64,000 nt of DNA. Source: Rebecca billardiae RCC1528 (Eukaryota > Protista > Haptophyta). The position numbers and the translations under genes are program-made. Position 1 is the stretch's first letter, and each line of letters begins with the position of its first letter. The stretch lies in contig OZ251247.1 in NCBI GenBank assembly GCA_965240325.2, forward strand, positions 434,001 through 498,000. Direction: 5' to 3'. The notes beneath the pieces were generated by a model, which was not told the origin of the DNA, did not search any database, and was given only the letters and a program-made list of their open reading frames with translations. Positions 36,647-47,948 of this stretch are shown piece by piece.

Positions 36647-38209
36647 TCACGCCACGCCGACACTGACAGGCCCGGCTTGGCACGCAGTCGGCCACACCAC
36701 GCGCGGCAGCTGCGCAATGCGCGCGGGCGTCCACACGGCGCCATCGTCGGGCCCGTCGTCGACGAGCGAGGGCATGGCCATGCCAAGCCCGAGCGCGCCA
36801 GTCCGCTCGCCGCACGCGTACACGGCACCGTCAGCGGTCACGTACAGCGCGTGCGTCTCGCTCCAGGAGCAGCAGACGGCGGGCTGGGAGGACGGGAGGG
36901 CCATGCAGCCTGGCACGCCGGGCGCGTCGCTGGCGCCACCGCGTGCCCTCTGGCCGCGGCGGTCGTCCCCGAAGGCATGCATGCTGCCGTCCGCGCCCAG
37001 CACCGCACTGCAGAAGGGGCCAGCGCACGCGCGCACGGCGCGCAAGCCCCCCAGCGCCTCGATGGAGATGGGCTTACACTGCTTGACGTCCGGAACAGAA
37101 ACACCCGGGAAGTGGCAGCTGCCCAGCCCAAACGCGTGCACGCCACCCGTAGCGTCCACCACCAAACTGTGGTGGCAGCCCGCGCTCACGTGCACGGCGC
37201 GCACGCCCGCAAGCGCCTCGATGTGCCTCGGCGTGTGCTGATGCTGATGGTCGCCGTGGACGAGCTGGCCTTGGAAGCCAAAGCCACACGAGTAGACAGC
37301 GCCATCGGCAGAGAGGAACAGCGTGTGCACATGCCCTGCTGACATACCACCGATGCGCACGCCGTCGAGCGCCTGGATGCGCCTCGGCACCAGCTCGCGT
37401 GTGAAGCTGTCGCCGTGGCCGAGCTGGCCGCAGAAGTTGTCGCCCCAGCTGTACGCGCACCCAGCGGCGGTGAGCGCGAAGCTATGCTGGTCACACGCCG
37501 AGATGCACACGACGGGCTCGGCAGCGGCCACACACGCCTGCGCGAACGTGTGCCGCTGCTTCGTGTCGCCCAGCCCGAGCTGGCCGGAGCCGTTGTAGCC
37601 GCAGCCGTACACGGCGCCGGCCTCGCTCAGCGCGAGCAGGTGGTACTTGCCTGCTGCCACAGAGCGCACGCGCACCGCGGACAGCGAGGGCACGCGCGTC
37701 GGCACGAGCAACGCCGAAATTGGCCCATGCCCCACTGCCGCTGGTGCCGGGCGCCCTCCCGTGACGTTCCCAAGTTCGTCCATCTCCTCGTCAAACGCCT
37801 CGCCGCACGTGTGCAGCCCGCCCTCCGCGTCCACAAACGCGCTGAACCGATCGCCGGCCGCCACCGGGATCGCGTGCGCGCACGCCAGCTCGTGCATGCG
37901 CTCGCGGGCGAAGAGCTCCTCCGTCCACGTGCACACGTCCGCGGGCAGCACGGAAGGCAGCGCGCGAGCGCGCCCGCGCGCGCGCGCGCGCGAGCGCAGC
38001 GCGTGCTCGACCGGCGAGCGGCCGCCGGGCGGCGCGGCGCGGAAGAGGCGCGAGGCGGCGTTGGCCGCGGCGAGGTCCACCGGCGCCAGACCGGCCATCA
38101 GAATGCGCCCGATCACCTCTGCAGGCAGGTCAGCGAGGCTTGCCGGCGCCATCTCGCAGGCGAGCGCCGCGTCTTGGGCGTGTAGCGGCGGCGGTGGGGC
38201 ACTGGCCAT
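36647..38209 (-). CDS. F-box + RCC1-repeat protein, copy 5
   Basis: Intact 520-aa ORF (alternative start 38152) with F-box and RCC1 motifs. Confidence 0.88.
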   Translation of the reverse strand: MASAPPPPLHAQDAALACEMAPASLADLPAEVIGRILMAGLAPVDLAAANAASRLFRAAPPGGRSPVEHALRSRARARGRARALPSVLPADVCTWTEELFARERMHELACAHAIPVAAGDRFSAFVDAEGGLHTCGEAFDEEMDELGNVTGGRPAPAAVGHGPISALLVPTRVPSLSAVRVRSVAAGKYHLLALSEAGAVYGCGYNGSGQLGLGDTKQRHTFAQACVAAAEPVVCISACDQHSFALTAAGCAYSWGDNFCGQLGHGDSFTRELVPRRIQALDGVRIGGMSAGHVHTLFLSADGAVYSCGFGFQGQLVHGDHQHQHTPRHIEALAGVRAVHVSAGCHHSLVVDATGGVHAFGLGSCHFPGVSVPDVKQCKPISIEALGGLRAVRACAGPFCSAVLGADGSMHAFGDDRRGQRARGGASDAPGVPGCMALPSSQPAVCCSWSETHALYVTADGAVYACGERTGALGLGMAMPSLVDDGPDDGAVWTPARIAQLPRVVWPTACQAGPVSVGVA

Positions 38210-38438
38210 CGCGGCAAAAGCGCCGCACGCCGCTGGCGGTTGGTCACAGACGTACGGTGAGCTCTAAGAGCGACGACGGTTGGTCAGCAAGCTGGACAGT
38301 GTTAGTGAGTGTAAGACGAGTGTCTACTATTCTGACGGGATGATTGACTGATGATTGGACCAAGGGTTGATTGAACCCCCTTGATTGGACAGTTAGGCAT
38401 GGACTGATGGAGAAGGTTAGTACACTCAGAGTGTGAGA

Positions 38439-40055
38439 TCACTCGGCGCCACCATCGTCGCCGCACGGGCCCGCGCCGAGCGGGGCGGGCCGCGCGCCGC
38501 GCGGCGGCGGCGGGCCGAACTGCTCGATGCGCGTCGGCGCGCTGATGTCCCTGATCCCGCCGGGCCCGTCCGCCATGCTCACGCCGTGGCCGAGCGCCGC
38601 CGACCACCGGCCGCACGAGTGCACGGCCGACGTCCCGCCCGCCCCGGACTCTGAATTCTTATTTTCCGACGACACCGTCACGTAAATTGCATGCCGCCCG
38701 CCGACGGCGGCGTCGGCGACGTGGTCGGCCGCAAAGTCGGGCACGCGCGTCGGCGTGGTGAGGTACGGGCTCGCGTGCCCCAGCTGCCCGTTCGTGTTGT
38801 CGCCGAACGCGTGCACGCCGCCCGCGCCGTCCACAGCCAGGCTGCTTGCAACGCCCGCGCTCACGCGCCGCACGTACTGGCCGGCGAGGGCGTCGATGCG
38901 CTTGGGCCGCAGCTGGTTGGCCTCGTCGGCGTGGCCGAGGGGCCCGCGGAAGCCGCCGCCGAAGGAGTACGCACGCCCCGCGCTGCTCACCACCAGGCTG
39001 TGCTCCGCCCCCGCGCTCACCAGCGCAAGCCGCTCGCCGTCCAGCGCCTCGATGCGCGTCGGCTCCCACCGCTGCTCTGTGTCGCCGTGGCCGAGCCGGC
39101 CGTGGTCGCCGCAGCCGCACGAGTACACGGCGCCGTTAGTGCCGACGAGGAGGGTGTGCGCGGCGCCGGCGGAGACGCCGCCCACGCGCACGCCGCCCAG
39201 CGCCTCGACCCGCGTCGGCTCCCACCGCTCCGCCGTGTCGCCGTGGCCGAGCTGGCCGTAGTTGTTGGCGCCCCAGCTGTACACGGCGCCGGCCGCGCCG
39301 ACCGCGCTGCTGTGACCGCCGCCCGCGGCGATGGCGACGACGAGCTCGCGTGCGAGCGTGTAGAGCTCGGTGAAGGCGTGGCGCGGCGCGGTGTCCCCCA
39401 GCCCGAGCTGCCCGCGCGCGTTGCCGCCACAGCCGTACACCGCGCCGCGCGCGCTCAGTGCAAGGCAGTGCCCAGCTCCAAGCGCCACTGCCACCACGTG
39501 TACTGCGACGAGGGAGGGGACGGGGGTGGGGACGAGGACGGGGGCGGCGGCCGGGTGGCCGAGCGACGCGGGCGCGCGGAGCTCGTGCGTCACGCGCCCG
39601 CCCTCCGCCCGCCGCACCGGCTGCTCGCCGCACGTGTGCAGCACGCCCGCCGTGTCGACAAGGGCGGTGGCCGCGCCGCTCGCGCACGCGACGTGCACGT
39701 GATTCGCTCTGGCGTACTCGAGGACGCGCTCGCGCGCGATGAGCTCCTCGGCCCAGGAGGACGCGGCGGGGGGTAGCGCCGCGAGCAGCCCGTGCCCGTG
39801 CCCCCGCGCGTGCGCGCGCTCGCGCAGCGCGTGCTCGAGCGGCGAGCGGCCGCCGGGGGCGCCGCGGAAGCACCGGCCGACGCCGTTGGCCGCGGCGAGG
39901 TCGCGCGAGGTGGCGAGGGCGAGGACGATGCGCTCGGTGATGGCGCACGGCAGATCGCCGAGCCCCACAGGCGGGGCCGCCGGACTGCTCGCCGCCCCGT
40001 CCGCGCGCGCGCCGCGCGGCGGCGGCGTGCTCCCAGCAGCAGCAGGCGTTGACAT
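38439..40055 (-). CDS. F-box + RCC1-repeat protein, copy 6 (most divergent framework)
   Basis: LGDLPCAITERIVLALATSRDLAAANGVGRCFR followed by regular RCC1 repeats. Start inferred at MSTPAA. Confidence 0.88.
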   Translation of the reverse strand: MSTPAAAGSTPPPRGARADGAASSPAAPPVGLGDLPCAITERIVLALATSRDLAAANGVGRCFRGAPGGRSPLEHALRERAHARGHGHGLLAALPPAASSWAEELIARERVLEYARANHVHVACASGAATALVDTAGVLHTCGEQPVRRAEGGRVTHELRAPASLGHPAAAPVLVPTPVPSLVAVHVVAVALGAGHCLALSARGAVYGCGGNARGQLGLGDTAPRHAFTELYTLARELVVAIAAGGGHSSAVGAAGAVYSWGANNYGQLGHGDTAERWEPTRVEALGGVRVGGVSAGAAHTLLVGTNGAVYSCGCGDHGRLGHGDTEQRWEPTRIEALDGERLALVSAGAEHSLVVSSAGRAYSFGGGFRGPLGHADEANQLRPKRIDALAGQYVRRVSAGVASSLAVDGAGGVHAFGDNTNGQLGHASPYLTTPTRVPDFAADHVADAAVGGRHAIYVTVSSENKNSESGAGGTSAVHSCGRWSAALGHGVSMADGPGGIRDISAPTRIEQFGPPPPRGARPAPLGAGPCGDDGGAE

Positions 40056-40458
40056 CCGATGGGGGGTGGAAGCGCGCCGAAAATAACCCGCCCAAGGCGC
40101 TTGGGCGTCCGTGAGGGCTGCCGCGCGCGTCTTCGATGACGGCCCGCCATATTCAATCTCAACGAAGGGCTCGCACGGAGCTATGGATTTCAAGATTGTT
40201 AAGGCTGTCAGAGACAGCCCGTGGGGAATTGGCCCGCGCGATCGTCGAGCCGAAGGCGATGTCCTTCGAGCGTTCGGCCCGGTTCGGCTTAATCAAAGTC
40301 GCTTTTTTCATGTCATCGCAATATTGAGCACTACAGGTTTGATGATGAACAAGCCGATTGGCAGAGAATCTAGGGGGGATCTAGCCCGCGCGACTCTGGC
40401 CTGTCGGCTATCATGAAAGCAAGCTCCACAGAATGCTCCGACCAGACCCACCCGCCCA

Positions 40459-41958
40459 TCACCAGCGCCCCAGCACGCGCGGCACCCCGTCGATGAGCAT
40501 CGGCAAGCCGTCTCCGCTCCGCAGATCCGCCGGCAGCTGGTCCTCGGGGTCGGCCGCACTCACGCCCTGGCCGAGGGCCGCGCCCGCCCGCCCAGCTGAG
40601 TACACGCGCCCGCCCGCTGTCACGAAGAGCGAGTGATTGGTGCCCATCGCACAGCCGGTAACGCACTCACTTAGAAGAGCCTGGACGCGGCTGGGCACTG
40701 GACGCCGCCACCCCGTCGATGCCCCAAGCCCCGTCGAACCGTTTCTGTTGTCCCCAAACGTGTGCACGCTGCCGTCCGCGCCCAGCACCGCGCTGCTCCA
40801 GCCGCCAGCACACGCGCGCACGGCGTGCACCCCAGCGAGCGCCTCGATGCGCTTGTCCTTGGGCCGACCGACCAGGTCAACGCATCCGAGCTCTCCATAG
40901 CGCCCGCGCCCGAACGAGTGCGCGCCACCCTCCGCGTCCACCACTAGGCTGTGCCGCAGGCCCGCGCTCACGTGCACGGCGCGCACGCCCGCGAGCTTCT
41001 CGATGCGCCTCGGCGTGTGCTGCTCCCGCCGGTCGCCATGGCCGAGCTGGCCGTTGTAGCAGTCGCCGCACGAGTAGACGGCGCCATGCGCAGATAGGAA
41101 CAGCGTGTGAGCACCACCTGCAGCAACGCCGCCCACGCGCACGCCGCCCAGCGCCTCGATGCGCGTCGGCTCCCGCCGCTCCTTCTCGTCGCCGTGGCCG
41201 AGCTGGCCGCACCAGTTGGCACCCCAGGTGTACGCGCAGCCCGCGGCGGTGAGCGCGAGGCTGTGCACGTTGCCTGCAACGATGCACACGACGGGTTGAT
41301 TCACGGGTAGCCCGACGAGAGCGAATGCGCGTTGCTCCTCCGTGTGGCCCAGCCCGAGCTGGCCGCGGCTGTTGTAGCCGCAGCCGTACACGGCGCCGGC
41401 ATCGCTCAGCGCGAGCAGGTGGGCATAGCCAGCGGCCACAGAGCACACGCGCACACCGCTGAGGGAGGTGACGTGCATCGGCACACGCACTGAAGACATG
41501 CCTGAGTGCCCGGTGGCCGCCAGCACTCGATGCGCCCACGCCCCGGCGTCCTCGTCCAGCACCTTCTCCTCGCCGCACGTGTGCAGCCCGCCCTCCGCGT
41601 CCACAAACGCGCTGAAGCTGTCGCCAGCCGCCACGGGAGACGCGTGCTCGCTAGCAAGCACGAGCACGCTCTCGCGTGCAAAGAACTCCTCCGTCCAGCT
41701 GCACACGCCCGCCGGCAGCTCGGTCGGCAGCGCGCGCGCGTGCCCGCGAGCACGAGCGCGCTCGCGCAGCGCGTGCTCGACCGGCGAGCGGCCGCCGGGC
41801 GCGCCGCGGAAGAGGCGCGAGGCGGCGTTGGCCGCGGCGAGGTCCGGGGGCGCCAGGCCAGCGGAAAGAAGCCGCCCGATCAACTCCGCGGGCAGGTCGG
41901 CGAGACGCGTCGCCGCCGTCGCCGAGCGCTGGTGGTGCGTCGTCGTGGTGGAGGTCAT
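40459..41958 (-). CDS. F-box + RCC1-repeat protein, copy 7
   Basis: Intact ORF from MTSTTTTHHQ with F-box and RCC1 motifs. Confidence 0.88.
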   Translation of the reverse strand: MTSTTTTHHQRSATAATRLADLPAELIGRLLSAGLAPPDLAAANAASRLFRGAPGGRSPVEHALRERARARGHARALPTELPAGVCSWTEEFFARESVLVLASEHASPVAAGDSFSAFVDAEGGLHTCGEEKVLDEDAGAWAHRVLAATGHSGMSSVRVPMHVTSLSGVRVCSVAAGYAHLLALSDAGAVYGCGYNSRGQLGLGHTEEQRAFALVGLPVNQPVVCIVAGNVHSLALTAAGCAYTWGANWCGQLGHGDEKERREPTRIEALGGVRVGGVAAGGAHTLFLSAHGAVYSCGDCYNGQLGHGDRREQHTPRRIEKLAGVRAVHVSAGLRHSLVVDAEGGAHSFGRGRYGELGCVDLVGRPKDKRIEALAGVHAVRACAGGWSSAVLGADGSVHTFGDNRNGSTGLGASTGWRRPVPSRVQALLSECVTGCAMGTNHSLFVTAGGRVYSAGRAGAALGQGVSAADPEDQLPADLRSGDGLPMLIDGVPRVLGRW

Positions 41959-42131
41959 GATGAGGGCCTGGGTACCGCTAATGGCCGCCTCGATGAGGTG
42001 CGGCAACGCGCCCCTCACCTGCCTGCGCCGGTCTGTTTTATTTTGTGGCGGTGTCTTTGTGCAGTGTTTGGATGGCGTCAATCACGCCAACCAAGTGTGC
42101 ACGTGAAAACATAGTAAACTGTACATCCGCC

Positions 42132-44243
42132 GGCTTGGGACGTCAACCCCCGAACCGGTCCGGAGCGATTGCGCCTCCCGGATGACCCCCCCCCAGTGGG
42201 GGGGGTGGGTGTCTCCGGCGCGCCGCCTGCTGCGCCATCATGATCAGGCCAGGCGTCGCCTCGCCGTCGCCACAAGGCGCTTGCGCCGCTGCGGCGGGCA
42301 TGGCGCGCGTCAATCTGACTGACGGCCTCCCAGACGGCGTGATCCTCGCGCGCGAGGACGGCGCGCTGTCCGTGTACACTGCCCGCTTCACAGCCGGTGC
42401 TGGGGGCGACCTCCGCTTCGCAGGCGCGCCCGCTCCGGTGGAGCGATTGCGCTCCATGCTGTGCGCGTGGCGGATTGGTTCCCGGCGCCGGCCAACTGCA
42501 AGGGCACCGGCGGGTTCCTGCTTCCCGGCGCCGCAGATGCGCTCGGCCTCATCGTCGGCTTCGAGGTCGTCCGCGAGCCCGCCCACTACCGCTCGATCGA
42601 AACCGCGGTTGAGTGGCGCCGCGCTGGCGCCAAGCGGAAGCGGGTGGTTCGAAACGTGATGTGGATGCAGCCCGCGACAGCTGTGTGCGCCGTGCGGCAG
42701 CTGCTCGTACGCCCGGCGGTGTGCGCGCTGTCGGCGGCGCACAAGGATGCGCTCAAGCCTCTCGACGGCCAGGTGACGGCTGGCGACCTGATGCCCGCGC
42801 TCGTCGCGGCCGTGGCGCGCCTCTTGCCTGGTCTCGAGGTGCCGGCGCCGCCGGCCGCGGCCGCGCCCGCACAGCACGCGGGTACGGCAGCAGCGGCGAG
42901 AGATGGAACCGCCGTCGATGGGCTCGACGCCCACCTAGAAGAAGACGAAGAAGTCCGGCGCGGGCGATGGCGGCAGCGCGAGCGCGCGCGCGTGCCCCGC
43001 GCCAGCGCTGGCACAGTGCACCGCATGCCGCGCGCTCGGCATCTGCGAGTGGGTGAGGAACGGGCATGCGAGCAGCGCCTGCCCGTGCGCGTCACCGCCT
43101 CCGGGTGCGTCGTCGAGCGAGATCACGCCACGGCAGGCGGCGGCCAAGCACGAGTCCGCCATCGCCACCGCGAGGAAGTTCTCGGTCAAGACGGAGACGC
43201 GCGCGGACCGTCTGTCGTGCCCGAGCTCACCTCTGCACGGCGCGCGTACTGTGCGCTTTGGCGCGCCGCTTAAACTACTGTACCGATAAATGTATGTGAT
43301 GATGAGCGCTGATGACACTGATGCATCAGCAAATCGCGCAGTGATGATGACGATGTATATGTAAATCAACCAGGCTGTGCAGTCTTATTTTAAAGCGACT
43401 ACGACGACTATCCGAGCAGGTCGCTACGCGGCCCACGGCCACCGCGTCCGCGGCACCGACTACGTCTACTGTACTGTGGCAGGCGGCACGCGCGCGCGCG
43501 CGCACGCCACCTACGCCAACAGAGACAGAAGGGCCGGTCTGGTGGGTACGAAGTGGTCGAACGCGAGCGTGCACAGCGGCATCGCCTGCGTCTGGCGTGA
43601 TGAACTCGGAGCGGAAGGTCGAGAGTCGACAAGGCCCATGTGCCGGGACGTCACAGGGCAGAGCCGCTCGGCACTCCTCGGCAGCATCGACGACATAGCA
43701 ACCCGTATCAGCGTGCCCATGGGGCATCTTGGACCGGGGTACTCACAGACGACCCCCAGGCTGCGGCTGGCACCGATTCGCCCGCTGGGAAGCGAAGGAT
43801 GCCTCCATGCAGAGCATACCCTGCGGGCTGCCGCGAGGTGCACCATTCGTGAGTTACGCGCGCAGTGCGCGAGCACTTGCCAGTGGCAAGGGCGCGCGCA
43901 GAACGCCGGGCGCGTGCGCCCGAGCGGTGTATAACATGCGTGCCCACTCGCCCATGCCGTGCCCCGACCTTAATTGGCCCTATCCGCGCCGAGCGCGCGC
44001 CCTTGGTGCGCGCGCCGGCTCGCTTGGCAGGCGTTGATGGCTTGGCAGCGGGCTACTGCGCGCGGCGAGGAGCGCGAGAGGACAGGAAAAGAGGCGCGCG
44101 CGGTGCCCACGTGTCCTGTGGACCGCGCCGATCAGCCGCGCCGGCCTGCAGCGCCGGTAGGCGGGCGCACGCGCGCCTCTCGTGGGCGCGCCATCGTGTC
44201 CGGGCCGCTGCGAGCCCGATCTCGGGGGTTGACGTCCCAAGCC
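42132..44243. mobile_element. DNA transposon with 22-bp TIR and 3-bp TSD (GCC); superfamily uncertain (PIF/Harbinger-like ends)
   Basis: GGCTTGGGACGTCAACCCCCGA at 42132-42153 and its reverse complement at 44222-44243. GCC on both sides. The paralogous site at ~49479-49527 lacks the element. Confidence 0.85.
42300..43289 (+). pseudogene. Frameshifted unknown ORF inside the TIR element, with a Zn-knuckle-like motif
   Basis: Coding-like MARVNLTDGLPDGVIL... and ...WFPAPANCKGTGGFLLPG...VMWMQP in adjacent frames, then CTACRALGICEWVRNGHASSACP at ~43017-43085. Confidence 0.45.
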
Positions 44244-44482
44244 GCCGGGTCCAGCCGCGCCGCAACCAGCAGCAGTAGTCGTCAATGTTCTTGATCACGA
44301 CTTAGTCTGGACGAATGCATATATATGTACAACACACACACAGTATAGTTGATGACGAAAGTACACTCGCACAGCCCGCCTCATGACATGTCGGCTTCAC
44401 CGTAGCAGCGGGCAATGCCCACCCAATGTCACGTGCCTCACAGTGGGCGGCGGGTCCAGCCACCGCCCAACGCGCCGCGCAG

Positions 44483-45994
44483 TCAGCAGCGCCCCAGCAC
44501 GCGCGGCAGCCCGTCGATCAGCATCGGCAAGCCGTCTCCGCTCCGCAGCCCTGGCGGCAGCTGCTCCTCGGGGTCGGCCGCACTCACGCCCTGGCCCAGG
44601 GCAGCGCCCACACGCCCAGCTGAGTACACGCGCCCGCCCGCCGTCACGAAGAGCGAGTGCCTGCCGCCAAACGCGCAGCCGGTTATCCGCTCTTGCACAA
44701 GGACCCGACTGTGAGCGGGACACTGCGACCCCGCCGGTGCCCCTGACCCAAGCTGGCCGTACTCGTTGCGCCCAAACGTGTGCACGCTGCCGTCCGCGCA
44801 CACCACCGCGCTGCTGCGATCGCCAGCGCACGCGCGGACCGCGCACATGCCTGCAAGGGCCTCGATGCACGCGGGCGCGAAGCGTCGGGAGCTGGCAGCG
44901 TGTCCAGCCTCGGTATGGGCACTGTCGCCAAATGCATGCACGCCACCCGCTGCGTCCACCACCAGGCTGTGCGTGTAGCCCGCGCTCACGTGCACGGCGC
45001 GCACGCCAGCGAGCGCCTCAATGCGCCTCGGCGTGTGCTGATCCTGATCGTGTCCGTGGCCGAGACGGCCCCTGTGGCCCCAGCCGCACGAGTAGACGGC
45101 GCCCTGCGCAGAGAGCAGTAGCGTGTGGCAGTCGCCCGTGGAGATGCCCCCCACGCGCACGCCGTCCAGCGCCTCGATGCGCGTCGGCTCCCTCCGCTCC
45201 TTCTTGTCGCCGTGGCCGAGCTGGCCGCCGAGGTTGTCGCCCCAGCTGTACGCGCAGCCAGCGGCGGTGAGCGCGAGGCTGTGGTAGCCGCCCGCGGCGA
45301 TCGCGACGGCGGATTCGCGCGCGAGCGGATATACCTCGACGAACGAGCGCCGCTCCTCCCTGTCCCCCAGCCCCAGCTGGCCGCTTTCGTTGTCGCCGCA
45401 GCCGTACACGGCACCGTCGTCACTCAGCGCGAGCAGGTGGTGGTCGCCACCCGCCACCGCAACCACGCACACCGCGGAGAGCGAGTCAACGCGCATCGGC
45501 ACGAGCACCGGCGGGACGTCTGTGTGGCCGATCGATATGTGCGCCCGATACTCGACCATCAGCTCCCCGTCCTCGTCCACCTCCTCCTCCTCCACCTCAC
45601 CGCACGTGTGCAGCCCGCCATCCGCGTCCAAAAACGCGCTGAAATGATAGCCGGCCGTCACCGCTGATGCGTGCGCGCGCGCGCGCGCCAGCACACCTTC
45701 GCGCGCAAAGAGCTCCTCCGTCCAGCTCCGCACGCCCGCAGGCAGCTCGGTCGGCAGCGCGCGATCGTGCCCGCGAGCACAAGCGCGCTCGCGCAGCGCG
45801 TGCTCGACCGGCGAGCGGCCGCCAGGCGCGCCGCGGAAGAGGCGCGAGGCGGCGTTGGCGGCGGCGAGGTCCAGCGGCGACAGTCCACATGAGAGGACGC
45901 GCTCGATGATCTCCGCGGGCAGGTTGCCGAGACGCGTTGCCGCCGTCGCCGAGCGCGCAGCGCGCTGGTGGTGCGTCGTCGCGGTGGAGGTCAT
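44483..45994 (-). CDS. F-box + RCC1-repeat protein, copy 8
   Basis: Intact ORF from MTSTATTHHQ with F-box and RCC1 motifs. Confidence 0.88.
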   Translation of the reverse strand: MTSTATTHHQRAARSATAATRLGNLPAEIIERVLSCGLSPLDLAAANAASRLFRGAPGGRSPVEHALRERACARGHDRALPTELPAGVRSWTEELFAREGVLARARAHASAVTAGYHFSAFLDADGGLHTCGEVEEEEVDEDGELMVEYRAHISIGHTDVPPVLVPMRVDSLSAVCVVAVAGGDHHLLALSDDGAVYGCGDNESGQLGLGDREERRSFVEVYPLARESAVAIAAGGYHSLALTAAGCAYSWGDNLGGQLGHGDKKERREPTRIEALDGVRVGGISTGDCHTLLLSAQGAVYSCGWGHRGRLGHGHDQDQHTPRRIEALAGVRAVHVSAGYTHSLVVDAAGGVHAFGDSAHTEAGHAASSRRFAPACIEALAGMCAVRACAGDRSSAVVCADGSVHTFGRNEYGQLGSGAPAGSQCPAHSRVLVQERITGCAFGGRHSLFVTAGGRVYSAGRVGAALGQGVSAADPEEQLPPGLRSGDGLPMLIDGLPRVLGRC

Positions 45995-46254
45995 GGTGAC
46001 CAAGGGCGGGTGCGGACCGCTTTCGATCATTATTGGAGGAGCAGCAGCATCGTCAAAAATCGTCAATGTTTTGGATCACGACGACTGGCTGGATCGAATG
46101 AATGTACAGTACAGCACAGCACACAATACACTCGTCACAGGCTCGCAGCCCGCCTCATGGCACTCTCTTCACGGCATCAGCGGGCAATGCCCACCCAATG
46201 TTACGTGCCTCACGGTGGGCGGCGGGCCCAGCCACCGCCCAACGCGCCGCGCAG

Positions 46255-47740
46255 TCACCAGCGCCCCAGCACGCGCTGCAGCCCGTCGATGAGCATCGGC
46301 AAGCCGTCTCCGCTCCGCAGCCCTGGCGGCAGCTGCTCCTCGGGATCGGCCGCACTCACCCCCTGGCCGAGGGCAGCGCCCACACGCCCAGCTGAGTACA
46401 CGCGCCCGCCTGCCGTCACGAAGAGCGAGTGCCTGCCGCCAAATGCGCAGCCGGTTATCCGCTCTTGCACAAGGATCCGACTTAGAGCGGGGCACTGCGA
46501 CCCCGCCGGTGCCCCTGACCCAAGCTGGCCGTGCCCGTTGTGCCCAAACGTGTGCACGCTGCCGTCCGCGCACACCACAGCGCTCTGCGCTGCTGTCATC
46601 GCCCGCGTACGCGCGCACTGCGCGCACGCCCGCCAGTACAGCAATGCGCCTAGGCACGCGCTCGGATGATACGCCGCCGAGGCCAAGCTGTCCTTGGCGC
46701 CCATACCCGAACGAGTGCACCCCACCCGCCGTGTCCACTACCAGGCTGTGCAGCCTGCCCGCGCTCACGTGCACTGCGCACACGCACGCGAGCGCCTCTA
46801 TGCGCCTCGGCGTGTGCTGATCCTGCTGGTCGCCGTGGCCGAGCCGGCCAAACCAGACAAGGCCGCACGAGTAGACGGCGCCACGCGTCGTGACCAGCGG
46901 CGTGTGCTCACAGCCGGCCGCCACTCCACCGATGCGCACGCCGTCCAGCGCCTCGATGCGCGTCGGCTCCCACCGGTCCTTCCTGTCGCAGTGGCCGAGC
47001 TGGCCGCACATGTTGCTGCCCCAGCTGTACGCACACCCAGCTGCGGTGAGCGCGAGGCGGTGGTCGTTGCCCGCGGCGATCACGACGACGAGCTCGCGCG
47101 CGAGCGGGTAGACCTCGACGAACGAGCGCCGCGTCTCATCGTCCCCCAGCCCGAGCCGGCCAGAGCGGTTGTTGCCGCATGCGTACACGGCGCCGGCATC
47201 GCTCAGCGCGAGCAGGTGGCCAATGCCCGCGACCACGGAGCGCACGCGCACCGCGGAGAGCGAGGCCACGCGCGTCGACAAGCACACGTTTGGCGCATCT
47301 GGGTGGCCGATGGACGCGTGCGGCCGATACTCGCCCGTCCACTGGAAGCGATAATCCAGCACCGCCTCCTCGCCGCACGTGTGCAGCCCGCCCTCCGCGT
47401 CCACAAACGCGCTGAAGTTGTTGCCAGCCGCCACGGGAAATGCGTGCGTGGACGTGAGCTCGAACACGCACTCACGTGCAAGCAGCTCCGCCGTCCACGT
47501 CGACGAACTCGCGGGCAGGGTCGGCGGCAGCGCGCGCTCGTGCCCGCGCGCGCGCGCGCGCTCGCGCAGCGCGTGCTCGACCGGCGAGCGGCTACCGGGC
47601 GCGCCACGGAAGAGGCGCGCTGCGGCGTTGGCGGCGGCGAGGTGTCGAGGCGTGTCAAGTGCGTGAAGAATGCGCTCGATGACCTCGGCGGGCAGGTCAG
47701 CCAGCCGCGGCGCCGCCGTCGCCGCGTCTTGCGTCGTCAT
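46255..47740 (-). pseudogene. F-box + RCC1 copy 9, frameshift (7-nt insertion) at ~46580-46586
   Basis: Homology runs in the 46169-47923 frame until AYAGDDSSA, then continues in the 46255-46725 frame (SAVVCADG...LGRW). Confidence 0.82.
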
Positions 47741-47948
47741 GATCGTTGCTTGGCGCTCGGAAGACGAAGGCGGTTGGCCAGCAGTCCGGCTGATGTGAAC
47801 AGAGCCGGACCCACTGGATTTCAGATTGAGCCAATGGACGGCCGGTGACTTTTTGAGATTGGCGTCTGCCCAGAGCGCTCCGTCGGATCGAGGATGAGTG
47901 ATCGGGCGACAGCGCAGTCTCATGCAGCACTCCGCGCATCAGTCGCGA

